From: Podarcis erhardii
Taxonomy: Eukaryota
Length of the DNA: 64,000 nt
Reading direction: 5' to 3' (one strand)
NCBI GenBank assembly: GCA_964252035.1
Contig: OZ176205.1
Below are positions 50,011 to 63,946 of this stretch, in pieces (position 1 is the first letter of the stretch; every line of letters begins with the position of its first letter). Below the pieces are notes generated by a model, which did no database searches, had not been told where the DNA came from, and saw only the letters and a list, made by a program, of their open reading frames with translations. Position numbers and translations under genes: made by a program.

Positions 50011-50370
50011 TTTTGTAGAGCGATGAAAGAAAACTTGAGCAGGGGGGTTGGTTTCCAAAATAATAATAATAATAAAAAATACACCCCGGTGTATTCCTTT
50101 GAGGAAAGTTCCGTCCGATGCAACAGCAAAAAGAACGCCGGGTTGATTTAAGGTTTGCGGAGCTCGACCATGCTGCTGGCGTTTTTATTACTTTATTATT
50201 ATTATTATTATTATATTTATTTTTAGCGGGAGTAAATTGTGGAGGGAGGGGAAAGAAGGCTGTGTGTGTAGTCCGGGCCCATGTTGCATGTTTACTCAGA
50301 AGTAAGTCCTACCGGATCCAACGAGACTTGCCTACTCGCCATGAAGTTCGCTCAGGGTTTCTGGCTACTA

Positions 50371-50589
50371 CAGGGGTCAGCAACCTTTTTCAGCCATGGG
50401 CGGGTCCACCGTCCCTCAGATCATGTGGGGGGGGCGGACTATATGGGGGGGGGAAATGAACGAATTCCTGTGCCCCACATATGCATTTTAAATAAAAGGA
50501 CACATTCTACATATGTAAATACACGCAGGCCGGATTGAGAAGGCGATTGGGCCGTATCCGACCCATGGGCCTTAGGTTGCCTAGCCCTG
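50371..50589 (+). mobile_element. hAT (Charlie-like) MITE ~380 bp into BCAR3 intron 1
   Basis: Perfect 8-bp TSD ggctacta at 50363-50370 and 50590-50597. Confidence 0.88.
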
Positions 50590-50625
50590 GGCTACTACAT
50601 CAAGAGGAATGCTGGTTGGTTTGTA

Positions 50626-50845
50626 CAGTGGTACCTCGAGTTACATATGCTTCAGGTTACAGACTCTGCTAACCCAGAAATATTACCTCGGGTTAAGAAC
50701 TTTGCTTCAGGATGAGAACAGAAATCGTGCAGCGGCGGCAAAGCGGGAGGCCCCATTAGCTAAAGCAGTGCTTCAGGTTAAGAACAGTTTCAGGTTAAGA
50801 ACAGACCTCCAGAACGAATTAAGTTCTTAACCCGAGGTACCACTG
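50626..50845 (+). mobile_element. Tigger-like MITE in BCAR3 intron 1
   Basis: Same family; TA flanks. Confidence 0.85.
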
Positions 50846-53800
50846 TAGTTAGGAGGAATAGCTTCCATTCTGAAATTGCCTACTTAGGTTTTAGAAGAGA
50901 ATGCTTTTGGGGAACGAAATTAATTTCTATGGAAAGGCTACACAAGATTGTTGAACGCAGATTACTTAACAGTTCCCTTCATAACCTCAGTAGGGAGAGC
51001 GAAAGGTTGGGTTTTTCATCACACATTAGAATCATGTTCATGGGGCATTAAAGGGAAGAGCATAATCAGTGGTTTAGTGCTTGTGAATACAGGCTGATAC
51101 ATGTATATAGATATGGCATGTTTATTTCTCCCCCTCCCCCCAAAAAAGATTAATATTAAGACCCTTGAACGGAGCTAACTTAAATGTACAAAGTCAAATA
51201 ACTGGTAAATACCCAAACGTCTAAGATTATTGACTTACATTTGGCAAACAGCACACATGATGTGGTTTACTAATTGTGTTAGAGTCTGAAGATGTAAAGA
51301 AGGTGTGTGTGTGTGTGTGTATGGAATGAATGTATAATATGTCTTAAAAAATTCAGTTGTCAAAGATTATCCTGGATAATATGGTAAAATATTCATAACT
51401 GGTTCCCCCCCTTCCTTAATCCACTTGTCTTATTATTGTAACATTCTGCCTTGTTGGAACTACCAGTGAGAGTTAAAGTTGGTGGGTTATCTTCCCTTAG
51501 CATAGGCGGTTGGAGATGGTCTTTTAAGAGCTTTTAAATTTCTTTCTGTGATTCATCAGTGTATAGGTATATAGTACTGTACTTCCTGTGTCTTACGGGA
51601 CCACCTATGTGCAGTTCCTATTTCCCAAAGAATCCTGGAAACTGTAATTTAGCCCCACACAGAGCTACAATGCTGACCACACATAACAAACTACAGTTCC
51701 CAAGCTTGTGTTTTGTTCTAGGGGTGTGTGAATGTGCTTTAAAAGTATGGTGTGTTTGCAGCCTAAGCCTATATATGTGTAACAGCAGCAAGCACATCTC
51801 CCTCACCTCCACTTCACTCTCCTTTCTCTGTCTTCATGTGTTGAATTTCTGATTGTAAACTCATTGTGGGCGAGGACCTGCCCTTCTGTATTTTGTAAAG
51901 TACCATGAAGTGCTTCAGAAAACAATAATCATAATCATCACCAGCTTTGTTGTAGTTTTCAGTGCCAACCTGTCTCATTTGTCTCTGCAGTATACAAGTT
52001 TCTAATGTTTCCAGTGTATACGGTATTCTGCAAGGGTTAAGCTGCTTATTCAGATGCCTTTAAGATGTTTACTAACGCTTGTGCTCTCCACTATGTTGGC
52101 TTTGCTTAATTTGACCAGGGATTCCTTTGGACTAGAAAGATGTTAATAATAGAGAGCTTTTATTAAAGAGTTGCCAGCAATTGCGTATTGAGTTGTAAAA
52201 GGCAAGTGTGTCTGTTTAAAAAACAGGTTACTATGGTAGTAAGAATGTGATGGAATTTGCCCATTATACATCCCAGCTGATTTTCTCTCAGCAGACACAA
52301 CTGGCATTGAAGCACAAAACATTCCTCTTAAAGTAAGTTTATAAAATGTGCTGGCCTTTTTTTTTAAAAAATTACCTCTTTAGTTAGGAGTCCTATCAAA
52401 TAGAATTTTATTCTTATAGTTGGGAATTAACTTAATTTATGTTGCTTTTCTCCCCCTAACCTAAACCCTTTCACTCGTTTTACTGATTTGCACCAAAATT
52501 ACCTTACTGTTGAACGGCTCAGGAAGCCTTGGTGGTGTTATATGGGCAAGGCTTAAGTGAAGGCAGGACTTTAGGATGGGGCTGGCTTCCTAACTAATTT
52601 GTTTTGGAAAGTTAGTAAAGAGTGAGAAGTGGGCTGCCTGTGTAACTCTGCTGACAACATTGTTCTCCTGCTTTGTTTGGCCAAAGAATGAATAGCTGGT
52701 TGTGTTTGTCCCTGAGAGGAGGAAGGGAGACGAGAAAAGCCCACTTCTCTGGATATGACTCACCCTGAACTCTCTCTTTGTGAAGAACTGATGTGAATCT
52801 TAAGCTACTAAGAGACGGTGGAGCTGGTGTGAGCTATTGGGTTAGATAGGCAAGGAAATGGCTTGAGATTGGTAAAGAGGGAGAGAGAGAAAAGATTCCA
52901 CTCAATTTTTAATATTTTTAATATTTTTTTCAAAGCAAAAACTGAAACTGCATTTGATGCAGTAATCAAGAGGATCTCTGGGTCCCGCAGCCTAGCCTAC
53001 ATTGCAAGGGTGGCGTGAGAAGGTATAATAGAGCATTAGGGGATGGGGCAGGGAATGAGAAAAATGACAATGGTGTGTCCAATCTAGTCAAAATTAAGTG
53101 TTTTAAAGTTCTTGTATTCCATTGGGAGACATTTAAGGATGTCCATAACTCTGGATTGTACCTGAAATACATTCCACTTTTGCTAACTACATAGGCTGTT
53201 TTAATTGGATGAGTAAATAAAAACATACTTTGATTACATCAATAAACCACTTTGGGCTGGATTTATTCTCTCTCATTTTCTTTATTTCCCTATAAGTCCA
53301 TTATTTTTTTTTAAAAAAAGGTGTTTAGGTTTATTCTTAGGAAAGTTATTTGTCTGGGAAAGTTCACATGCATATCCATGACAACTCTCAGAAATCATGG
53401 TAACGGAATGGTAGGAGGACAATGGATGGACTCGACATGCAGAAGAAAAGAAAAAAGTCTGCCTAGTTGCAGAAGAGAGGCAGAGGACTTCCCCCCCCTT
53501 TTTTTTAGTTGGTCACTAGGTTTAATTTTTGTTTAGGTCCAATTTGAGTCCTTACTAAGGTTGCAATCTCAACTATGCATACTTGGATGTAAAAACGGCA
53601 AAGTCTTGTGGCACCTTAAAGACTTAGCACATCTTGCCATAGTCTTTAATGGGCTAGAGCAGTGTTTCTCATACTTGTGTCCCCAGCTGTTGTTGGACTA
53701 TAACTACCAACATCCCTAGCTGTCAGGACCAGTGGTCAGGGATGATGGGAGATGTAGTCCAACAACAGCTGGGGACCCAAGTTTGAGAAACATTGGGGTA

Positions 53801-54051
53801 GAGGGTCACTAACATGTGCCCCTCCAGACAGCTGATGTCCAGGGATGGTGAGAACTGTATTCCAATAACATCCTGAGGCCTATAAGTTAGCCACCTCTGG
53901 ACTAGAGCTTGCTTGTCCTCATGGAGGTGGTTAGCCTGTGTCTGGGCTGCATCTTGCCATATTTCCTGCTGGGGATTCACATGGCAAATTTTCCCCTTTG
54001 ACCACCTTAGTGAGAATGAAGCTAGTGAAGATTGTTGAGGTATGACTGTTT

Positions 54052-54589
54052 GGCCTGGTTAGCACATAACTGTAAACTTTGTTTTTTCAGCTATACCTTA
54101 TTAAATCATGGGTTAGTGTTACGTGAGAATCCTGCCCAGAAGCTTACCACAATCACCACCAGCAAACCACAGTGTGAAGCCATGGTTTATTGTTTGCTTA
54201 TGAAACTGTGTTTGCCTTATTGCTTGGCATTATGCAGGAACCCAGCACTGTTAACTATGGTTTGTTGGCCACTCAACTCCAGAGGCTCAACAAGTAATAA
54301 AAGGCAAAAGGTGAGAATGGCTGGAAAACAAAAGAAGCCTTGGAGAAACAAGCTAGAATATAATCATGTGGGGAAATTTGTGGTTTGTTAAATAAACCAT
54401 GACTTAAATCAAGAGTGAGGAACCTGTGGCCCTCCATATTTTGTTGAGTGCCAGCTCCCATCAGCCCTAGTCAACTTGGTGAATGGTCAAGGGTTATGGG
54501 AACTGCAGTCCAGCAACATCTAGAAAACTACACTTTAGCAATCCCTGGCTTAAACAAACCATGACGTAGTGTTATGTGCAAACCAGGCC
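54052..54589. mobile_element. Non-autonomous TIR element (PIF/Harbinger-like) with a nested small MITE
   Basis: TIR ggcctggtt(a/t)gcacataac at both ends; internal aaaccatggttt-type repeats; related decayed sequence at ~46430-47070 and ~25390-25500. Confidence 0.55.
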
Positions 54590-57500
54590 TCTGTTTTGTC
54601 TGCTTAGTATTTTTATGATCTCTCTCATGCATCTGACAAGGCAGATAATAGCTTATGTAAATTAGTTAAGTCTTTCAAGGTGCCACTGGGCTGTTCTGTC
54701 TGATTTTATTGCAAAAGACTAACATAGCGGTCCTTTTAGAATCTGCCCTTACCTTTAAGTAAATCTGATAATAAACAGCTGAGTAAGCATGCACTGGACT
54801 GGGGAGTTTTGCTGCTTGTTAACTGGTAAGAATTACAGAGCTCTCATTGTAAGCCAGAGATGACCAACCTTTCAGCAGTAGGGATCCTGTACTTTCATAG
54901 TTGTATAAAAGAGGATATTTTGGAAGGTGCAGCTTTTTAAGCTTTTCAGCCCTGTGGCGTGACTGAAGTTCATCTGCCCAAAATTCATTTTTCTCTACAT
55001 AGGAATTAAGGGTTTTGGAGCTCTGATGTTGAAAGGTTGATCATCCCTGCTGTAAAATATCTTGACATGTTACTGAGTGACATGCTATTTGAGAAGGTTA
55101 AATGTAGTTCCCTTCCTTCAATATGGAGGGAACCTTTCACAAAGAGTCATATAATATGATCAAAAGAGCTAAATCATGAATTGCATTCCTCTCTGAAATC
55201 TGCTTATTAGCTCTTATTTGAGCTGTCAGCAGAACGTATTAAGTTAAGGGCCTGTTTTTAAGCAATCAATGGATTAAAAATAAATGATAGTATTTTAGTA
55301 AAAGTGGCAGGAAGCTTCTTAAATAGTATTAGTTGCTTTTTGACTGTATAATGTTATTTGGAAGTGTATTTTAAATTCACTCTCACAAGAGATGCATATG
55401 GTTTAATGTGACAGTCATATAGAATCCCATAGACAGGAATAATTCATATTAAGAATATGTAGGTCCAGTAATTTTCCTGGGAGCTCCAATTGCTCCAGTG
55501 TTGATGGACCATGTAATTTGATCAGCAACCTGCATGGTAGCCTCACATCAAAGTAGTATAATAGTAAAAACAATTATTTAAAACAATTAAGATATGAATA
55601 AAATTGTCACTTTAGCTGGCAGTTAGATTCAGGGATCTTAACACCCATATGAATGAGCAAAAGGTGCTTAGGCTTGTAGGGAGAGGGGTTGCTGATTTTG
55701 TGTTCTGATGGAAGCTTTTGCATGTTGAATCCCACTCTGGATGGTCTCCTGACTTTAGAAGCAACTGCAGGAGGCATATGGAGATACCAGTGGAAAAGGC
55801 CTTTGCACCATGCTGTGTTAAGAACTGTGATTCTAAAACTTGATCTTATCAAGTTCTCTCCAAGGCAAGAAAAGGCTTCACTTCAGGGTGCAGAATTGGT
55901 CAAAGCAGTTTTTGGCATACCCTCATTACCTGGGAGGGCTGTGGTGTGATTTCATCAAGCTTAGCAATCAGGTATTTTGTTCTGCCTCACTTAAGGTCTG
56001 TTCTTCAAGAGGAATATTTCCCCAGGATGCTCTAGTCGGTGGATGGGAAAAGCTGAAATGCCAATTGAGCAATTGTAGCCAATAACAGCACAACAGGAGA
56101 ACCTGCCATTGATGTATTAGAGGTTCCCCAGAGATCCACTGTATAGTTCCCAAGAAAAGAGCTACAGTACCCCAAAATAAAAGTGGGATTAAAAGTGTAT
56201 TCTTTGTTGGTTCTCAGTACTGTTGGTCAGTGCAACACCAGAGAAGATACACAAATGTATTAGCGCCAGAGCTCAATGACAAAGTGTCCTGGGGTTGAGA
56301 TACTGGCGTTGGAGGAGAATGGAGGGCAGAGGTAGCACAGACAAAAATGTGACTGCGTACGAATGGGAGAGAAGTCTGCTCCTGCCCTAACCTGCCTAGG
56401 AAGCCTCACCAAATACATTCATAACCATTACAATAAAAGTTCCCACACTGGGTGACTCAATTATTTGTATCGTGCTGCTGCTCTGGCTTTTCCTTTTGTA
56501 AGATAGATTGCTTTGGGGCTATGCATTGGCTCTAAAATTACTTGGAAAATAAATCATTAATTCTTATGATTTTGGCTGGCTCGGCATGAGTAATGAGTAA
56601 AAAAAGGACAGAAAGAAAAAGAATTCGCTCAGGCAACTAAGAGCTACCCCCACAAATGTGTTCACTTTTGGCTTGGGGTAGAAATGAAGCTGCCATGCTC
56701 TGATTCAGCACAATGCTGTCGTCATGGGAAGCTGCTCCAATGCGCATTCAGATGTTCATAATTATGTTAAAGATGAGTCAGCATTTTTAATTATAAAAAA
56801 GGTGTAGCGCCATAGACTAGTTCTGGGGGGAACTATTGTACTCCTGTTATGCTTGTGGGCTTCCCATAGGCATCTGTTGGTCACAGTAATAACAGAATGC
56901 TGGACTAGATCTGGGCTGGAAAGGTCCAGGGTTCTTCTTGTGTTCTTTACAGAAAGGTGGAACCCTTTGATATCTGGAGTTTTGACAATTGGCAGACACA
57001 CTTGTTGGTGATGGAATTAAGCAGACTTTTTGCTTTTGGTGTGTTTATTCCCTCCAGATAATCTTTTATCTTAATCAGGCTGTGTGTTCCACAGCCCCTT
57101 TGTATTCTTTTTCAAAGGTTCATTTGTTAAAAAAAAAAAGGAAAAAGCAAACCCTGGATTTCTTCATTGCAGTGCCTATGTATATTGGAAGACTGTGCCT
57201 GTGAAAACAGAAATGCAAACCAACTTAGGTTGGATCAGGCTGTTCAGCCTTTTCTGTTGATAGAAATATTAACCAATATTCTTGCACAGGTATCTTCATT
57301 AGACCAAAATATGGAAGAGAAGTTGATCTCTAGAGCCTGGGTGTATATAGACCAGAATATGGTCAGTAAAGTTTAGACAGTTAATCTGTCCTCACAGATT
57401 ATCCAAAAGAATAATGGCTCAAAAATTTAATGTCATTTATCTGTAGGGAGCTCATGATTTTCAGAATCTATATTTTCATTAAAATTCTGTGATCCTAAAT

Positions 57501-58847
57501 TTTTCACTTGGAGGCTCAGTTGAAACAAATATGTTTAGGATTAGTATAGAAAGCCATTTGGCTTTACCCTAATAATGGTACAACTGAAGCAGGTCATAGT
57601 AGGGAATTGGAGCCAGAGACACATTAGGCTTCATGGAGTTAGATCATGGGTAGGTAGACTAAGGCCCGCGGGCCGGATCAGGCCCAATTGCCTTCTGGAT
57701 CTGGCCCGCGGTTGGTCTGGGAATCGCCGCGTGGATCGCCAGCACACACGTGTTCTTTCCCTTTCCCTATAAACAACAAATTTAATTGCAAATGAGTTAC
57801 CTTTATTGTATTTGGCTCCACATCATTTCCTTTAATATAGTTATTCCCATATTGCAGGCAGTGACTCCTCCAATCTACATCTTCAGAAATATCAAGTAGC
57901 CCTTAGCATTGTGCCATTTCACAATTCAGGTGTGTGGGATTTGATGTTTTTGGTAATTCCATGTATAAAAACTCTTGGCACAGATTAAAAACAAGCACAT
58001 CTGGGAGAAGGTTAGGCCAAAACCATGCTCCCTGATGTGGTAGCTTTGTGGGCAAGAAGTTTTAGATGTTTGGAGACAGTGATAATGTGATGTCTACCAC
58101 AACCCCCAATCTGCATTCTCAAGTTTCAGGGTCCCAGCAGTGCCAGACTATGTTTAGTTTGAATAAGTGGATTGGCTGGCAAATGCATCTGTGGTGGAGA
58201 TAGATTTCAGCCCAAGTCTTCCAGATCTAAGTGTAACTTTCTACCCACAGACTATAAACTTAACTGCTGGTGTAACAACCTGTTTCTCTGTGAGTTTTGA
58301 GGTTTTAACTTCTTTTATCTCTTCCTTGTAGCTTTCTGTCAACAAAACTAGCCTTAGGGTTAATGACCATGCTGCAGATATAATTCTACTGTGACATGTT
58401 GAAAAGAAAAGATACAAAAGAAGCAAACTAAAATAATACTTTGTTGTTTTTGGAATCTGTTTTTGTTATGGTTTTAGGCATTCCCCCAGCTAATAAGAGA
58501 ACATGTTTCTAGAGATGCAATTTAAGTCGTTTCAAGGTTTTGTTTGTTTGTTTGTCCCACAGCCGAATCCCATTTTTATTTGACCTAGATCCCAGTATTA
58601 TCAAATTTCATGACCCAGCAGTGTCTGCAAGATGCAAGGCTGAAATAATAAAGATTCACTCTTCCAAACTTTGATCAGGTCAGCTCTGTGTACACTTGTT
58701 CAATGATGCTGCACCATTGGACTAGCTACTTGGTTCACACATGTTCTCGGTGGTGCAGTTAAGTAATTTTAGATTCTTTACTTAATGTTTTTTCTGCGGG
58801 GGCGCTCTTTTGATGGTAGCATGTATTAATTCGCTTCAAAATGTGAT

Positions 58848-59133
58848 AAGCTGGACACTGAGGTCCAGCGCCAAGGGCCTTCTGGCAGTTCCCTCACTGC
58901 GAGTAGCCAAGTTACAGGGAACCAGGCAGAGGGCCTTCTCGGTAGTGGCACCCGCCCTGTGGAACGCCCTCCCACCAGATGTCAAAGAGAAAAATAACTA
59001 CCAAACTTTTAGAAGACATCTAAAGGCAGCCCTGTTTAGGGAAGCTTTTAATGTTTAATAGGTTATTGTATTTTAGTGTTTTGTTGGAAGCCGCCCAGAG
59101 TGGCTGGGGAAACCCAGCCAGATGGGCGGAGTA

Positions 59134-59164
<31 letters not shown>

Positions 59165-59172
59165 TAATAATT
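58848..59172 (+). mobile_element. L2 LINE 3' end
   Basis: ...RAFSVVAPALWNALPPDVK...FRRHLKAALF (L2 RT C-terminus), gccgcccagagtggctgggg tail and (AAT)n. Confidence 0.88.
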
Positions 59173-62100
59173 AGCTAGCTCTTGTGCATTTTGGGAGACC
59201 TCTTTCTTCTGTTTGGTGAGGCATTGGCCTTCTGCCCCAAAGTCCTGCCCTGATCACTGTGTGATCAGTAAGTGGGAAGCTCTCATTGGAAGTCTTACTG
59301 TTCATGAGGAAGTAGCACCCCACCCACCCCCAAGATGTTGGCCATCCCTGCCTTGGAATTTTTGAATGTGGAACAGGAAATATGGTGTATGTAGAATTAA
59401 AAATTTTTTTTTTGCTCCCTGAGGACAAGAGTGAACAAAATGATAGCCCTTGATACTGGTGTAAAACTTTCAAAAGGGCGTGATGGCATGTTTAACTTCA
59501 TTTCAAACAACCTTGTCAAGAAGCAGTCAAATCAAAGAAGATAAGGAGGGCAAGGACACTAATGATCTCACTTGGATGTTTGGGACTGTGCTTTGCAAAC
59601 TTTTAATGAGCGTAGATTGAACCACAGTACTGGCATTCAAGAAGATTTAACAGTCTGCTTCATAATTTTTCTTGTGGTTTGTAGTACCTAAGCAGTGATG
59701 TCACTCCAGTCTATCCCTGTGGGTGTGCCCAACAACCAGAGTTTTGATGACTGACATGAGTCTGTAGTACTTCATAACTGCTGGTTTCCTGAATGGACTC
59801 GAAACTGATTAACAATGACACACATTAATCATTATCCAACAGGCTCCTTACATTGCATTTATTCTGTTTACTCTAACATTCTAAGGAAAACAGAAAAAAA
59901 CTCTTTCCTAGGGTTATTTTTGTAGTCATTTTCTTGATGAAAATAATAACGTGAAAAGAATGTATAAGCATGTCTACTCAACCAACATTGGTGGGTTTCC
60001 CAGTCCACACCTTGATTCATCACCAGGTTGCCAACTCATCAGGAAAAAAACCCTGTGATATCACTTGTGCCTTTTAAATAGCAGCTTAACATGGAGAAAT
60101 CAGTGTGAACAGTTGTAAAGCATGGAGATAAATGGTGTTATTTTGGAGGCTGGTTCAAAAGTTGGTAGCTTTAACTGGGGACATCATGGAACTCCTAGAT
60201 AAAAATTGTACCAAGTGACCTTAGTTCTCAGAGTTTGAAGCTTTGTAGTTGATCGCACTTCAGCAAAGACATGCAAAACTTGTTTCCATATCTTTTTGTA
60301 ATAAACCCCTCCAGCATCTTGATCCAACCTTTGAAGCTGGTTGACTGAGCTGACACTGGCAGAGAAAGAAGAAAAGAATATTTCTTAGCAAATCTGCTTT
60401 TTCAGCAATACTCATCTCTGAATTTAATACTATATCCTTTAAGGCATTTTGAGATCTCCCAGCTGTGTAGTGAACAACTTCTACAACTGCTTAGGCTCAG
60501 CAAAAAGCCATATCTGTGAATATTTTATGCTGGTTGCCTGTATTAGTAAGCATGTCTTGGATGTTTTCATGCTGGGATATTGGTTTGCATGGGGAATTCC
60601 CTCCAGGGGAGGAAGATTCCTTCTTGAGCCTCCTGTAAGGGTTACATAAAACCATAGGGCAGGATTCACCTAACAAACCCTGTTGGTAGAAGCCCCATGC
60701 AAGGGTTTGGGCTTGCTCAAAGGGGCTCCACTCCACACACTCCTGAAATTGGCTTGTTGGGAGGAGGACTCAGGAGAACCCCCAGAAAACCAGGGAAAGG
60801 GGGATAATTTCACCTGGCAAACTAGTATGCTTGCACAGGTGGGATGTTCAACATAGTGTGACATTGAATTCCACCCATGGTGTTTTTAGGATAAAGTGTT
60901 GCAGGAGTGTGTACCTTAAGGGGAATAACACAGAATATGAATAACCCTCTTACAGTGTAATTCTGTACATGTGTACCCAGCAGTATGTCCCATTTAGTTC
61001 AATGGGGTTTACTCCTAGGTAAGTGGAAATAGAGTGCAGCAGCTACAAATAGTAGAGATGAGGAGACATGTATGAGAAAAGTATACAAGAAGGTAATTTT
61101 GTGACCTATTTGTACCATTTACACTGAGAACACTTAACTTTACCATGGGATAAATGCTACAGGTTTTTCCCCCAGCCCAGAACTCAGATTTTAACAGTTG
61201 CATAAAATGGATATTATTTCTTTTGGTGTGGTCCACAACTATCCCTGCCCTCCATTCATTTCACTCAGATGTTTTGATTTGTGTTGGCATTTGGATGCTT
61301 GCAACTGACACCTCTGTTATGTCCTTGCTTACTTGTGCACCCTATTTATATCTATTGTAAGACTGCAATTCCTTGGCTGCAGGTTTTTGAGAAAGTCTCA
61401 TTCCATTTGTCAAAGGTCTTTTGATCCAGCATAGACTCCTACAGGTAGAAGACAGGGACACTCTTTTTGCCAGTTCCTCCTTTCCTTGCATTCCCACTTC
61501 ATAGTTCTGGAAGGGCCCCTACAGATTTTCAAGGGGATAGAGAATCTGAAAATTGCCTCCCCCGCTTACGTTGGAGGGCAAGTCCCATGAGCAGAGTTTT
61601 GCTCACAGGAGCTCACGATCCAAGCATGTGTGTGCATTTTTTGTTGGCAGGCATTTAGATACATGAGCATACCTTTGCTTCTCAAGCTGCTTTCTTGCAG
61701 CACTAAATATATTTTTTTCAAATGGCACCCCTTGCTGAGCTTAGATTTGTAATCTCTTAAATTGAGGATAGTCTGTACAATATCAGTCTTTTCTGACAGC
61801 TTAGCTGTAGTTAATGATTCTTGGCTGATGTTTGACCTGCTTAAAAACTTGGGGGTTAAAAAACAATTAGAAAGATAAATGTTGCCGGTAATAACAGCCT
61901 AACCTCCAGAAATCCTTCCGAACACTCACGTGTATGTTTTGAGTCTCCTGCCCTGGGTCTTGTCATGCATATTGCACCAACCCTATAAACCACTGTACTG
62001 GCAAAGCAGTGTGTGAGATATTGTGCCAGTGGATGAGACCAGGATACAATTGCAACTTGGTGAGCTGAGCTGCTCTTGCATTGGCTATCAGAGCAATAGT

Positions 62101-62547
62101 AGCCATTGACACTACTATTGCAGATTTTCCTCTTGTTTTACAGAATTTTCAGTTACCTTTATAAATAGCTATCAGGGATGACTGAGGGGTTATCAGCAGC
62201 TACCCATGTTGTTCCTATTCCAACTGCACTCTTCCATCTAATTTTTTTCAAAGTCTTGCCAGTGCATTGTTGACTTGGAAGTCACAGCAGCTACTGTGGT
62301 GAAAGCCAGGACACGAGAATCTAAAACTGGGTATATTTGTGGCAGCCTTTCTTGCTTTCAGAGCTCTCAGTTGCAAACCCTTAATTTTAGGGATATACTC
62401 TTTCTTTTTTCCTTTATGAATCTAATATACATGAGCAACTTGAATAGAAACAATTGATCCATGATTTAGCCTATCCTGATCCAATAAGTTAGCTTTGGTG
62501 TTTCTCTAACTTCCACCATGCACAACTTTTGTTTTCTAGAATTAAGA

Positions 62548-62867
62548 ATGATAGCAGCTGGGAAATTTGCAAGTCTCCCAAGAAATATGCAGATGAGCCA
62601 TGAGTTCTCGCTGGCATCTTCTATGGACCTTTTGAGCAGCAAACCATCTTTGGCAGACCACCGCTCCCATACCTGTCAAGATGTTTCCCTTCATGGCACT
62701 CTTCCGAGGAAGAAAAAAGGGACCATTCCTGTTGGACCCTGTGATGTTTTTAGCCACATGGGGACTTCGCCTTACTCCAAAGCACATCGACCCCAAGAAC
62801 CTTTGATGCAAGGTGTTATAGGGGAGTATTTCCAGAAAAACCACAAGAGTGAGAACTTCCACCACAG
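62548..62867 (+). CDS. BCAR3: BCAR3 (breast cancer anti-estrogen resistance 3 / NSP2), first coding exon; gene continues beyond the window
   Basis: Translates to MIAAGKFASLPRNMQMSHEFSLASSMDLLSSKPSLADHRSHTCQDVSLHGTLPRKKKG...FSHMGT...FHHR, which matches the vertebrate BCAR3 N-terminus as I recall it (MAAGKFASLPRNM...LASSMDLLSS...QDVSIHGTLPRKKKG). Acceptor ttttgttttctag|AATTAAG at 62539/62540; donor CAG|gtaaat at 62867/62868 (phase 2). Confidence 0.96.
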
Positions 62868-63589
62868 GTAAATCATGTTACATTTTAAACCTGCTGTGGG
62901 TGCTACCTAAGTTTATTGGTATTTCTAGTGATGCTTAAAATATTGTAATGCATAGGTGAACACATATTTGTTTATGCTCATCATAAGTAAATATGCTGTC
63001 CTTTTACAGATGTTGCTTTATTTGTTTGCTTATAGCAGCCATTCATATGTAAATAACTTGAACTTTTTTTTTTAAGTGAGTTGCAGGCACAGTGGCAGAA
63101 TAAAAGTAAACCATCTTGCTTGCGCTGCCCATGCCTAAAACGACCATATCTATCTATTGGCTGTCTTTCCTCTATGCATAGCCCTGAGAGGAACCAATAT
63201 TACATTTGATGCTCATCCTTTTTAGCAGTAACTGTAGCAATGTGCTCCTTTTGCAGTGCCCAGTTGTTCTTTCTTATGCATTGCTATTAACAAGAGAAAT
63301 GCTTTTTAGCCTTAAAAAAAAAAAAAAAAAAAGACTAACAGATGTGTCCGTCTTTCATCTCTCAAACAAAAGCAGCAGGCATCTGTCACATAAATTGCTT
63401 CTTTGTCTGTTTTGGCCTCCGTTTGCAACAGCATGTCTTGTTTGGTTAAACATATTTAGTTTTGATTTGACACATTGGGAGCTCTGTCTCATTAGAGATA
63501 CTGCTAGGTCTCTCTGTGTTGGGGGTCAGGAAAGTGAAGTTGGCATAAAAAGACTGGGTTGTGTGCAATGTTAGTTATACTCTGAGTAG

Positions 63590-63946
63590 AAAAAGTAAAG
63601 GATCCCTGACAGTTAAGTCCAGTCGTGAACGACTCTGGGGTTGTGGCGCTCATCTTGCTTCACTGGCCGAGGGAGCCGATGTTTGTCCGCAGTTTTCCCA
63701 GGTCATGTGGCCAGCATGAGTAAGCCGCTTCTGGCGAAACCAGAGCAGCGCATGGAAATGCCATTTACCTTCCCGCCGGAGCGGTACCTATTTATCTACT
63801 TGCATTTGACGTTCTTTCGAACTGTTAGGTTGGGAGGAGCTGGGACCGAACAACGCGAGCTCACTCCACTGCAGCGATTCGAACCACCGACTTTCCGATT
63901 GGCAAGCCCTAGGTTCAGTGGTTTAGACCACAGCGCCACCTGCGCC
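63590..63946 (-). mobile_element. Sauria SINE inserted into a small MITE
   Basis: Same family; flanked by ctgagtaga at ~63581-63589 and 63947-63955. Confidence 0.85.

Noticed and set aside
49504-50058. 184-aa antisense ORF over the BCAR3 promoter
   Set aside because: Low-complexity Ala/Arg/Pro/Ser translation is expected from stop-poor CpG-island DNA; no recognisable domain.
60550-60853. GC-richer block ending in ...ttcaaca, possibly an LTR or DIRS relic
   Set aside because: No TSD, no matching 5' terminus and no convincing protein motif found.
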